Assembly (NCBI GenBank): GCA_907165135.1
Contig: OU015568.1
Coordinates: 6,944,001-7,008,000 of the forward strand
DNA length: 64,000 nt
Direction: 5' to 3'
Source: Oikopleura dioica
Taxonomy: Eukaryota; Animalia; Chordata
Part shown: piece after piece, positions 20,907 through 33,850 of the stretch
How the letters are laid out: the number at the start of each line of letters is the position of its first letter
How positions within the stretch are numbered: position 1 is the first letter of the stretch
Position numbers and translations under genes: made by a program
Notes under the pieces: generated by a model
What the model saw: the letters and a program-made list of their open reading frames with translations, nothing else
Databases searched by the model: none
What the model was told of the DNA's origin: nothing

Positions 20907-22697
20907 TTAGGACAAAATTACTACAGTAGCTATGATTGCAAGAATATGAAGAGTGACAGAATTTGCAGAGGATGTAGGAGAGTCGCCCATAAGACCAGAT
21001 GGTTCTGGCATGCTTGTAGTTGAAGACGGGGATTGCTTTATGATATTGGCGGATCGATACATCTTTATGATTAAAAGTAAGCAGGCGTTTTTGAGGGATT
21101 TCTTACCAGAGGCGGAGCATCAATAATGCTTATCGTTCGTGGCGAGCTGGGATAGTTCGTTGCAGTTTTGACAACCTGTTGATTGGGATTTGTACTTTGC
21201 TTGAAAATCATCAGGGATTACTTTTGCCAAAGCCCGACCTGATCTCCTCTGCGTTTGAAAATATAGTCTAGATCTACATAATTGCTTTTCTGAAGACTTA
21301 GTTGTTTCTGTTGTTGATGAAGACTGAGTTGAATCGGTCTTCTTGATGTTGCTTGCATCGTAGACGGCTTGAACGTCATCGCTGTCACTGTCAAAGTTGT
21401 CGTTGTTGTTGTCGTGGATGAAGTGGTAGGCTTCGTAGTGGTTGTTGAAGTCTCTGTCGAGACTGTTTTCAAAGCAGAGAAGTCTTCAATATGAATGTTG
21501 CTTGTCGGAAACTTGTTCAAATTTGGAAAATCGTGTTGCGCCTGTTTGGATTGAACATTTAGAGCTCTATTAGCAGAAAAGAAACATCATGTCGCTATTT
21601 ATTATTAATCCTCTCCTTTGGAACTAGGACAACGGGTTTGGTAGAAGTGGAAGTTCTCGTCGTAGTCGTTGTCGTTGTCGGTCTTGTCTTTGGCTTTTTC
21701 GTGGCTTTGAATCTCTTCGTTGAAGCTGTTTTTAAATAAGGGTCTGAGAATTTTGTATAATGTCTCCTTTTAGTGGTTGTAGTTGTTGACGTTGTAGTTG
21801 TTGTGGTAGTTGCTAACGGCAACAGTGTTAGTTACAAGAATCAAGATTGTGTTAGTTAGGATTACATGAAGATTGTGATTGACAAATATTTTTCAGTGTA
21901 CTTGTTGTTGTAGTAGTGGTTGTTGTCTTGGTGGAAGTCGTTGTCGACGTTGTAGTTGTTGAAGTCGTTGTAGTTGATGTTGTTGTGGTCGTCGAAGTCG
22001 TTGAAGTTGTTGAAGTGGTAGTAGTTGTTTTTGTCGATGAGATGCTCTCTGGCTCCTAAACTTTCATGAATCATTTTTCCGAAATGAAAACTTACCTCGA
22101 GCGCCCACTCAGGAATTTGATTTTCTTCCATTTTTCTTGGACTCGTTGCGTACTCATAAAAATCCATATGACTGCCAAAGCTCTTTGCAATTGCAAATCC
22201 CCGTCTTCTTTCCGCCACACATGTGTTTAGAAAAGGATGGCACTTTTCGCAGTTTCTTTCTTTCAAGTTTTTCGCAGCGTTTTCAAGAATCAGACGTTTT
22301 CGCCATCTTTATCAATTGAAGTAAATTTTCGATGATTTAAAATTTTAGAGCACCTTAGTTCTTGTATGTTTTGCTTGTACTCCTCTGCTTTTTTGGGCAA
22401 TTCTATGAATCGATACATTAAATCATGTTTTTGTTTGACGAATTTTATGAAGGAATCTTTTATTTTCACGACCCTCGGTGGCATCGGGCAGAGACAACCA
22501 GTCGACCAGCAGCAAGAGCATTTTTCATGAGAGTTATGTCGATTTTGAGCTTTACTCTCGCAGTCGCAGCTCGCTAGCTTTTCAGCCAGCGTTTTCATCA
22601 GTATCAGTTCCTGTTGCCTGAATGACCTCTGGTTTTGCTTATTTGCTGCAATTTCCATGCTCAAAAAAGTTAATTGAAAGATGCTTCTGAAAAACAT
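20907..22697 (-). CDS. Secreted/GPI-type Thr-rich mucin-like protein with a Cys-rich N-terminus (multi-exon, approximate)
   Basis: N-terminal signal-like MFFRSIFQLTFLSMEIAA, Cys clusters (CDC..CSCCWSTGCLCP; CEKCHPFLNTC), several poly-Thr/Ser exons, and a hydrophobic C-terminus ..SVTLHILAIIATVVILS*. Confidence 0.55.
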
Positions 22698-22956
22698 AGT
22701 CGCTCTTTTTCTTCTTTTTAGAGAGTATGTTTCCCGTCAGGACTCTTGAGCAGCGATTATTGCTCCGCATGAATAGTTAAAATGTAGTTGTTTGGGCGCC
22801 CTTGGATAAATATATAACCACTTCTTCCTAAGCAGTCGATTATCTATTAAGTATTCTGCGTAAATTGTTAATGCTGAATTATTTTTGAATTATTTCGCCA
22901 GACATTTTGATGCGGTTTTTTCAAAAACAAACAAGTAAGTTGAAAGAAGCTGAAAT

Positions 22957-24610
22957 TTATTCAAGAAGTTCGGTTATTCGCCCGATCGCTTTGGTCTTTC
23001 CTTCGCGGAAGAGGAAGAGCTGGCCGGTTTGGATGAACTCAGGTCGCTTTAGGAAATAAAAGTGGACAGTAGCAACATCGCCGGAGCGCAAGAGTGGTTT
23101 ATCCATCGACATAATCTTTGCTGACTGATGAATTGAGCCGATGTGAACGACTGCCTACATGAATTGAGTGAGGACGGACTTGTGAGCATTATGCTCTACC
23201 TGATAGTTCTTTTTGATGGTTGTAGCATGGTGCAGAATAGTTATGCTTCCTCGGAAATGACGGTAAGCCATTGGATTTGGAATATTTTGTATTAGAAACA
23301 TTCCTTTACGAATCTCACTGCGCTTGATTTTTCGAAGCGCGAGAGCTGCTGATTCTCCATCATTCAAGCTCTATTGAACTGTCAAGACGGATTCCGAACT
23401 CGAAGTACTTACAGAAACAGGAAGATATTTGCGCTCGATTGAACGGACGCCGACGGGGATGAATTTTCCATTTTCGTCTGGTCCGAGCGACATTGTGCTG
23501 CCAGCTTTGATCGGCTTGCCGCTGAGAGCTCCAGCGACGACGGTGCCGATTCCGACTTTGTAGAAAATCTCGTCGACAGCGAATGTTGAGCTTTGAGAAG
23601 TTGATTTTTCTCGCGAAGGTCGGACGAGGTTGAGAAAGAGCTTGAGCATTTCCATTCCTTCGCCGGTGACAGAAGAAACTTTGAAAATTGGGACGACTTT
23701 GACGGAATTGAAATTTTCGGCGGCGAGGATCACGTGATTCACGTTTTGGATCAAAATTGGGATGCGACGGACACCAGTTGATTTGAAGACCTTTCCCATT
23801 CCGGAAATGGTTTGTTTGATGATGTTTTGAGGAGTAAAGTCGATTTTCGTAACAACAGCGAATGTCGGAAGACCAAGAGCAACTGCAACGCCGAGATGCT
23901 CCTTCGCCATTCCCGTTAGTCCATGATTAGAGCCAACAATCAGCATGCAATAGTCAGAAGCGCTGCCCATTATTCCAGAAACGGTGGTCTTGAAATACTT
24001 TTCATGGCCAGCCAGGTCGTAGAAATTGACGATTTTGGCGCTGTTTTGGCAGAGATTTCCCCAGTTAAGCTGGCCATGAACGCTCGGATTGACGACTTTT
24101 CCTTCATCATCGAAACCAAGAATTTGCTGACCGATAGAACTTGTTCGGCCGGTTTCTTTCTCGTGTCGGTGACGGAGGAGCTTTGTTCTGGCAGATCCAC
24201 GCCCGTCATCGAGGACGTTGTGTGTGAGTACTCCGAGGAGGGTGCTCTTTCCGGCGTCTACATTTCCGACTGTGCAAACTCTGGAGAGGACTTGGTTAGA
24301 CGCTTAGCTTTCACTCTTACCTTGTTTCAAAGAATGAGTAATCGTCTGTCTTCTTTAGCCTGACAAAGACAGTTGCTGATTTTTCTTTTTTAGCCAAGAC
24401 ACTAGCAGTAGCATTTGAGTTCTCGCAAATGCTCTTTATTTTCTCAAGCGTCCTTTCAAGCTCAATTTCTGTCAATTCTTCGTCTTTTCCGACGGCAAAA
24501 AGAACATCGCCATTTATCTCTAATTCTGACTGAAGATCGCTGGTAAAATCTTCAATTCCTTTCTCATTTTGCCACTCGTACGATGAGAGAAGCATGTTTC
24601 CTGTGCCCAT
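22957..24610 (-). CDS. GTPBP1: GTP-binding protein 1 (translational GTPase)
   Basis: [29 protein letters not shown]; [39 protein letters not shown]; C-terminal [12 protein letters not shown]; three canonical introns. Confidence 0.9.
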
Positions 24611-25059
24611 TTTTGGTTATTTAAAAAATATACTTTTTGCTGATTCACCAAAAAAATAACGTCTTTGCCTGAGTTAGTCTTTTGGACGAGTATCGATAAA
24701 ATTGGAAATTTTGAAGGAAAAATCGATTTTTTCCAATTCCTGGTGGTGTTCTGTCCGTGCTGCCATTTTATAGGAAAAAGGGATGAGAAAAAAGCGATCG
24801 AGCTTCAACGCGATGGATGATGAAAGATTTCGTGGAAGCAAGAACGATGGTAAATTGAAATGATGAAAGCGACGAGTGACGAGGATTGTGTGCTCGTCAA
24901 AATGAGTCAGAAAAGAAAACAGAATCTGCAAATTGGAAGCTGAAGGCTTGAACCTCATGATGCTTTTCTACCAGCGAAGCCATGAAATCAAGGAAGACTT
25001 TTCAAAGATTTCTTTATTCGGTGAGTTTCAATGCTAATTTACAAATCAGAATACGGGTT

Positions 25060-28000
25060 TTACAAAAGGAAATAAGCTAGAATTGCAAGAACAGCAGAAC
25101 AAATAGTGCCTATCGATTGAGCGCTGTTTTCATCATCGTCTTCTTCAGCTGCTTCAATCAAGTCAGGGCTGACAATGGACCATTCGGAACTGATCTTAAT
25201 GCCGCTCAAATCGATCGTGACTGTATTTCCGGAGAAGGTGGAGCTCACGGCTTGACCGTTGACCAGGACGGTGGTCAATCGTCGCTCAACACCAACGATG
25301 ACGAATTTTTCGATATCAAGGTCGTCTTCGCCGCCGGATACGCATCGCGCAGCTGTGCAAGAGGAAGTGAACTCGCCATTGAAGGGGTTGAAGTTGAATT
25401 TCATGTAATTGTCTCCATCTTCTTTGAGCAGTGATTCTCCATCATCCCAGAAGAGTCCTCCTTCTCTTGCCTGCGTAGGGTTGATCTTGTCCATGAAGTA
25501 AGTGATTGTAATTGGATTGTAACGCTGGGCAGCAGTCGTGACTTCAGGAGATTGCGAAGTAAGGAAGGTACCGCCTCGAGCGAAGAGTGGAATCGTCATC
25601 ATATCTGCCTGGATCAACTTAGTCTTTCCAGAACCTTCGATTTCTTCGTAGCTGTGGTAGTCGTACCACGATGCATCAGCTGGAAAGTAAACTGCTCGAC
25701 TAACGGCGTGTTCCTCCATTACTGGAGCGATCATGAAGCCACTTCCCCAAAGAAATTGATCAGAACAATCAGCTGCATTTCTATCCAGAGGGAACTCTGC
25801 CATCAACGATCTAACAGTGGTGGTTCCGAATTGGTTTGATTCGTACATGAGAGTGTACAAAGTCGGCAGGAGGGAATATCTGATGAGCAGTGCATTTCGG
25901 GACGATTCGATGACATCGTCTCCAAACATTGTTGGATGCTGATCGGCCCAACCGATTCCATTATGATTTCTCGAGTAAGGGTAAAACGCTCCGAGTTGCT
26001 GCCATCTCTGGCACATTGGTGCAGTAGCCGCGAACCAAAAGCCGCAAATGTCAGCTCCAGTGTAAGAGAAACCAAAGAGTGAGTATTCAAGCATTCCAGT
26101 GATACTCCATTGCATCTGGCGCCACTGACTTTGGTTATCTCCGAGCCAATGTCCTGCTACGCGTCCGGTACCGGCGAATTGAGATCTTGTCAAGATGAAT
26201 GATCGTTTATCTGGGTAGAGGGCTTTCAAAGTCTTGTCGGTAACGAGAGCCATAGAATGGCCGTAAAGTGAGTGGACGTCGTAGTGTTTTCCCCAAGCTT
26301 GGACTCCATCCATGCAGATGGTTTTCCAGAAAAGACCTTTGTCTGCATCAAGAACGTTAGGAGTGAAAGGTGGGTTGCTCCACTGATCCGGGCACTGAAG
26401 GTTTCCGTTGTCAGTCATAAAACTCGCTGGTTCATTCATGTCGATCCACAGAGCATCGTACTGAACACCCTCGTCATCGAGGAATCTTCGGCACTCATCG
26501 GTCCACCAAGGCTCGGTTTTATTGATGTCGGTGAAATCAGGGAAGAGAGTTGGTCCTGGCCAAACTTCGGCTTGAGCTGGGGTCCCATCGGGATTCTTGA
26601 TCCAGACATCAGCCGCTTTCGCTCTTGCGTAAGAGGGATACTCTGCTTCTGTGTACTCTTTGCCAGTGTCAGGGTTGATGTTAGCGATGGCGGGGTCGAG
26701 GATGACGATGTAATGCATGTTGTGGACGTCATGGAGTTCCTTGACAAAGTCAGCGAGGCCGTTGTAGTTGACAGGGTCGATAGTGAAGTCTTTCTTGGCA
26801 TCCATGTAGTCAATATCACCATATTGCGCGTCAAAGGGGATTTTGGCTGCGATCATGTCTTCGACAATTCCTTTCATTTTATCAAGCGAGTCATATCCCC
26901 ATCGACTGAGTTGATATCCAAGAGACCATCGAGGAGGCAAAAATGGCTTTCCGATGATTTGTGATGTGTAAGCTTGAACGAGTTCTTCGGCCGAATCCGC
27001 AACGACGACAGAGATGTCGAAGATACCACCAGTTGATCGCCAGGTAATTGCAGGCTTGGGTGAGAACTGGGCCTCCTGAGCATTTGCGTTGTGGAAGTAG
27101 ACGCCAAAGAAGGAGTTGCCTTCGCCGCACATGAAAAATGGCTGAGCTCCGTAGAAGTTCCATTCGTCGATTGGAGCTACATCTCTGGTGAACATCGCCC
27201 ATCGTTGCCAGTTGAGAGTGTGTCTAAATCGTCGGTGATTATGCTCTCCGAGACCGTAGCAGTTGTATGAACCAAGAGCAAAGCTAGTTTCCAAATATTG
27301 ATGTTCAAAGATCAAGGGTCCGTGAGAAGAGTCAATCAAAGTCTGTTCGTCTCGTTTTATCTTGAAGAAGAATCTGTCATTTTGATTTCCGTATTCGACG
27401 GAGTAGTCTGATTCGGATGTGCTGCCTTCAAATGGAAGTTGATGGATGTCTGCTTCATCTGGAATTTCGAAGCGACCCTCGGCGAAAATCTTCATTCGGA
27501 AAGCGTTTTTCGATAGCTTGACCATTGTCACTTCTGGATTCGCAACTGGCTCGGAGAATTTTCTGGCAGAATTGAGCTCAGCGGGTCTGGAGAGTGAAAA
27601 AGTCTCGCTAGCACCAGACAAAGTTCCAGATTTAGAGGCAGTGTAGCCATGATTGACTTTTGAAGAATCATGAATGCACCAAGGAGCATCAGAAGTTGTT
27701 GGCAATTCTGACCAAGTACAACCCTTTGCAGCGCATTCATTCGGACCAATGTTTTCTTGGCCTGGAGTGCAGTCGATTCGATCGTTGACATCTCCGACGA
27801 TAATGCTAATATCGAACTGTTGAATGATGCTCAAATTGACGAAGCCGTCTTTGATGACAAGTCTGTTTGATTCTTCCTGTTGCCATGCTGCTTTCTCCAA
27901 AGCTTCGCCGTTGATGATGACATCGCTGACGGCGCCATCAAGACCGTTGAATTCGAAATGTGTAAATTCAAGTGGATTTTCTGTTCCGTAATTCTCGTGG

Positions 28001-31000
28001 ATTTCAGTGTCGATTTCTCCCATCTTGACTGATGATTGAAGCTGGTTGTGGTGGAATTCGAATTCGACGAGAGTGTACTCGCCATTGTTGATTGGATCGA
28101 TGGAGTTTCCTGTATCCCAGTACAGATCGCCGGAAGCTTTACCATCTTCGTCGAGATTGACGATGAGGCCGAGAGGATTGATTCGAGAGTCCATTGTCGT
28201 TTGGGAAGGAACTTGAACGGGAACAACTGAGCCACCTTGGAAGAAAAGGGGAATGACGTCAATAGGAGCAGCAACATTATTCCATCCATCAGCAGATCGT
28301 TCGATTTCAAAGCCGTTATCGTAATTGTACCATCGAGCTTCAGGGAAGTATGTTGGCTTGACAGTTTGACCTTCCTCAAGGACGGGCGAGAACATAACGC
28401 CGGATCCCCACTGCATTTGTTCGTCGATGTCCCAGGTTGTTTTGTCACTTGGGAAATTGTTCATGAGCGGGCGAACAACAGTATCACCGTGCTTGTGAGC
28501 TCGGTAGAGAAGGGTGTACAAATATGGAAGCATTCGGTATCGTTTTGTGAGAGCAGACTTTTTCATGATCAAAATTTGACATTTTCAAGTTATTGGTTAT
28601 CTTATCAAGACCATTTCCTTTGAAAGCTCGACGAAGTCTTCATCCCATGAAGCAGGATCCTGTCGTCTGTTAGTCAAGCCATTGTGATTTCTCGAATAAG
28701 GGAAGAAAGCTCCAAGCTCCATCCATCGAGCGCACATTTCTCGTTCAGCTTCTGAGAAGAACCCACAAGTATCTGGGCCAGTGTAGCTAGGCAAAGTTTA
28801 TTGGAAATTCGACATGAAAATCCACCTGAATCCGAATAAAGAAAAGTGCATCGAAGCAACCATACTCTGCTTCACATGGCGCCAGATCGAAGAGTTATCC
28901 CCATGCCAATGGCCGATGGTTTTCTGTGAGCCGGGATAGGTGGATCGAGAAACGATCAAACATCGTTTTCCAAGGGTTTTCTCACAAGAATCAAGAGTAG
29001 GCTGACCTTCGGAGTATCCGTAAAGGCTATGCATGTCGTAGTGATTTTCCATCTCACCAGTCAACGGGTTGTATTGTTGACCATCCATGCAAATTGTCCT
29101 GAGTTGTTTTTATAAAGAGAAAATTTAATAGCGATCTTACTTTTCGAAAAGACTGACATTTTCCGGATCGCGTCCCTCTCGCAAGGAAGTTGGAATGTAG
29201 GGCGGTCGGTTGAGATTGTTATTTGGGCAGCCATCAAGTCCCTTTTTTGAAGTTAGTTTTTTTTAGATTCTTTCTTAAAACAACCTGAGTGCCGCCGTTG
29301 AGCTCTGGTCGACCAGCAGTAAAACTCGCTGGCTCATTCATATCAATCCAGATGCCATCGTAGGAAAGTCCAGTTCCGTTCTTGAAGAAATTCTTTGTGA
29401 AGACTTGGATCTCTTCATCCCACCATTCGGCAGTTTGTGGCGCGAAGAAGTCAGGGAAAGCAACGTTTGAATGAAATTTGGCAACGTTTTCGTCCCAGCC
29501 ATTTCCATCTTGAACGAGATCTTCAAGGTAGATGCCGGGCCAGTAGGGCCAGACCTGAAGTGCTGTGTTAACTGTTTGTTCATCGAACTTGGCCTCTTTG
29601 AAAAAGTTTGATGACCAGTGAAATGTTATGTAAGAAGGGGTAACGAAAAGTTTACCTTGCCCATTTCGATCTCTCCGTCTGTTCCTCTAATGTAAACATC
29701 CTTGTCAAGACCTTTCTGATAAGTCGGGTAGATGACTCCATCTTTATCGCGCCACGATTCCGCCTGATTTTGGTTTGGATCGTGTTCTCCTGCCGAAATC
29801 GCTGGGTCGAAAATGAGAATGAATCGCATGTTGTACTCCTTTTTGATGTAGTCAATGTAGTCAGGAAGCCCAGAAAAGTGCTCCTCGCTCAGGGTGAAGT
29901 CCAACTGTCGTTCCATGTAATCAATATCGGCATATTGCGTATCGTAGGGAATTCCCGCATCGCGATTTTCTTCGACGACGGTGATGATTTCCGAGGTGTT
30001 TTGATAACCGTATCGGCAGAGCTGGAAACCGAGCGACCAGTAGGGGAAAAGATAGCTTCTTCCGAGGTAGTGAGTGTATTGCTGAGTGACGGCTTCAGGT
30101 CCTGGACCAGTAAAGAGCATGAAATCAAGCTCGCCACCGATAGTTCTGTACGTGATCGCCGGCTTGGGAGTTGAAATGACTTCCATAGCGTTGGCGTTAA
30201 AAAACAGGAGGCCGGATGCATTTCCATCGTCCTCGAAGGTCATGTGATAAGGCTGGACGCCGTAGAGATTGTCGCCAGTTCCAACGCCGTTGTCTCGCGC
30301 CCACATTCCTTGGGCATGCCAGTTGTCCTGGAACTTCAAGGCGCCTTGTTCGGTCTCGCCGAAGCCATAAGTGTAGGTCGAAGGGCGTTTCACGGAGAGC
30401 TCGAGGAATTGATCGTAAAAGAGGAGAGGCGCTACGGAGGTATCAAAGAGAACCTCGCCCGTGGATCGTCGAGTGATCTTCACCCAGAATCTGCTTCCCG
30501 GCTGAGCGGTTTCAACGATGTAATCCAACCCTGGTTGTTCGTTGTCCTTGTCCATGTCAGTTCCTGGGTTGAGTGGCTCGGCGATAGGGACGGGAACTTT
30601 GAATCGATCATCAGCTTCGTTGGTGATGCGAACTCGGACTGTAGTGCGATCTACATCGTAGATTACCATTTTGAGTTTCTGTTGCTGGTTTGGGTAGCTG
30701 TCTTTCGTCGCGGATGATTCAAGAGAAAGGGAGTATTCTCTGGTTTGGACTTGCTTTGATCCCCATTCCGTAAAACCATCTTTTTTGGGTTAGACTCTTG
30801 TCCATTTTATACAAAAAAACAAGATGGAAAAGGGCTAACTTTCCTGTTACAGAATCCAACTTGTAGTGAGCATAATCCTGCGGAAACACGCACCAGGGTG
30901 CTCCTTCGATTGAAGACGGTTCCCAAAGACATCCTCTGGCCTCGCATTTTTGCTGATCCGAACCATGATCCGGCATGCAATTGAATCGGTCATTATCCGC

Positions 31001-31087
31001 TATCGTCGGTGTATCATTCTCGCGATTCTGCAGCTGGTTCAACGATCCGTATGCCGTCACAGCCAAGAGGCTGCTCGACAACTTCAT
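25060..31087 (-). CDS. MGAM-like: Two-module GH31 alpha-glucosidase (maltase-glucoamylase/sucrase-isomaltase-like) with trefoil domains
   Basis: Signal peptide [14 protein letters not shown]; P-type trefoil ([17 protein letters not shown]) before each module; both modules have the catalytic WIDMNEP motif plus HWxGDN and G[AP]DxCGF; six introns; hydrophobic C-terminal tail. Confidence 0.92.
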
Positions 31088-32097
31088 GTTGATTTGCTTT
31101 TGTTTAAAAAATTGCGAAATTCGAGTTTGTTTCTGATGAGCGGCAGTCGACCACGGTTTTATACATCAACGCGGCACTTTGGCAAATAAAAATGAACGCC
31201 GTTTGCTTTCCAAATTTGAAGTTATCATGGGCAATCGACTGTTGCTTCAAGGGAAATGTTATCATATCTATAAAAGGTCATTTTCTGTGACTCCTGGGAT
31301 TAAATTTGCATTTTTGTTGAGTTTTATTGAAACAACTCGATCGTGGAGTTCCGTATCTGACATCCGTAATATGATTTTATATACCATTTTAAATGATCCG
31401 TTGAACTTGAAATCATGATGTTCAGAAAAATGTCGCCAGAATTTTCAATGCATTAAAATCAAGGATTATTTTTTAAGCTGGAATTTGGAACATCATAATT
31501 CAGAAATCAATGACTTTTTTCACCGAGAAATCATAAACGAAAACCATCACAATAATCCTTTGGCCACAAAAAGACATGAAAGTTTATTGTGACCTATGAA
31601 AGAACTTAAAACTTTATGGTCGATTCTCATGCCACGGGAATTTCTACCTGAAAGTTACGTAAAAAATTCTCACGGACATCGTGGTCTTACGATTGTGAAG
31701 AGGTAGAACTTTCGATGACGGAAATCATGTGAAGCTCCTGTCTCCTGGTTCAAGTATATCAACTTATCTTATGACAGGGTGAAGGAAGTACGAATGATTT
31801 GAAAACAACAGTTCAAAGGAAACCTGAACAAATGCAAAAATGATAACTTATTAGATCATTATTGCATAATTTACTGTCTTTTATAAACGGATTACAAACG
31901 TAACGGTATATCCGTTGTGTTTGACGTGGGCACTGAACTGAAATGCACTGAAGTGTCGAGCAACGAGTGGTTCAAAGTCAAGAAACGGGTTGCTCTTTCA
32001 ACTTCTGACAGCGCAATTGAAATCAGTGTTCCAGACCTTTGTGAGAAAATCTAACTGCAAAGACTGTTTATTTCTAAATGCTTTTGTCCTGCGAAAG

Positions 32098-32517
32098 ATG
32101 AAAGAAGTCTTCTATACGGCAGCCAACCGATTATCAACCGAAGAACAAACTTCTATAAACCAGGCGCAGGAGGAACTGACCACAGGAGCTGGCAATGATG
32201 ATGAACCGACGATAATGCCAGGCGTTCCTCAAGCACCGCAGAATCGCGATTATGCGGACTATAAACAGGAGAAGCGACAAGATCAGGAAAGGGCATTTTT
32301 GAAGAAAAGTTTCAAGATTCAAAGAATTTCAAATAGCCCCTATTCGAAGGAAATAGATTCAAAGGAGTCATCCTTCAACGAGCCGGACGAGTTTAAAAAT
32401 GTCATCTCGCCCGATTCAGGAGATTTGAGCTCTCTTCAGTACTTTGGCGCGATCATTCTCGCCTTCACTCTAGCCAGCGTGGTTATTTTCTATGTTTGGA
32501 GATGGAGAGCGCAGAGG
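32098..32517 (+). CDS. Hypothetical single-pass membrane protein (partial)
   Basis: Open frame with an acidic ectodomain-like region, then FGAIILAFTLASVVIFYVW followed by RWRAQR and a GTAAG donor. Confidence 0.45.
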
Positions 32518-33850
32518 TAAGATTCTTGTCCAAGCGCTTTCTGGCAAATTGATTTGTCAAGAGATGAACTGTATCTTCCGTTAGAAAAGCAGAACCTCGA
32601 CAATTAGGTACCCGCTGAAGTCAGAATGGTCATTTTTGGTCATCAATTTTTGTTGTTCTTTCAGCCCAAATCTGATAAGGTACACCAGGGACAACTTTTT
32701 AGTCCAAGAAAAAATAATTTTTTTTTCGAAAAATTTCCCACGTGACTGTTTTTTTAGGAATAAATCATGTTTTTTGGCTCCCATTTGTTACCCCATCCCA
32801 CCCCATCTTTGAAATAGGTACAGATCGAAAGAGCGTAAAAAATGCTTTCCAAATATGCCATTCATCGAACGGTCAGAAGCGGCCGAAAAATTCTAGAGCC
32901 AAAAACCTGAAAATTCAAAATTTTCGCCGAGCCCCGGTGTTCGAATCCCGACGATGACATTTTTTCGAAGCGTATTTATTCTGTTTTTAATTGAAAGCCA
33001 GGAAGGGGGCTGAGACGGCCCTTCGGGCCGTCAAGCCCATTTTTAATTGAAAGCAAGGGAAGGGGGCTGAGATTTATTGTGATGAGGGGGCTTGTGATTT
33101 ATTGGTTTATTTGTTAACTTTAAATTGTTGAAGTTTTTGTGTAAAAATAACAAAGAATACATCAGGGTGCCAGGAAAGCTGATTGACGAACCGGTCGGTT
33201 CGTAGAGACGGTTGTTCGTTCTGAAAACCGGAATAAATGGTTGTTCCCTTTCTAGCTCTAGTTTCGCAGTAGAACAATTGGTACCCAGCATTGCAAGATC
33301 TAATCCCTAGAGCAGCGCTTGATTCCACGTATTCTGCTATGCACTCTTTTTCAATTGTCGAGTAGGTACCCGCTGAAAAAAATAAGTGGTCGATAACGTA
33401 GCCCTTTTTGGATGAAACTTTGGGACTATAGTAATTTAGTACCTAGAAGTTCGATTCCGAGGTCAAAAGTTCGAAAAAAGTTCATCTTCTCGAAAAAAGA
33501 TCGAAAAAGTGCGTTTTTTTCAGAACATTATTTGCGGTTTAACTACACGTGAAAGTACTAATTAAACCCTTAAAAATTTTATTCCGAGGTCAGAAACTCG
33601 AACAAAGTTCATCTTCGGGTCACTAGAGGTCATCAAAATTCGAAAAAATAAGGTTTTTTTAAAACATTATTTGCTTTTTAAAACCTTGTTTCAGTACTAT
33701 TTCAACCCTCAAAATTCAATAATGGCTTAGAGCATCATCAGAGCAATTGAGTACCGCCTGCCTATTTTACAGTCAAAATCAGAGCAATCATTTTACAGTA
33801 AATGGCTTAGAGCATCATCAGAGCTTTTTCGAAAACCTTGTTTCAGTACT

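Noticed and set aside
25117-28623. Many antisense and alternate-frame ORFs over the glucosidase (similarly over the lectin receptor)
   Set aside because: Shadow ORFs expected from codon bias in long coding exons.
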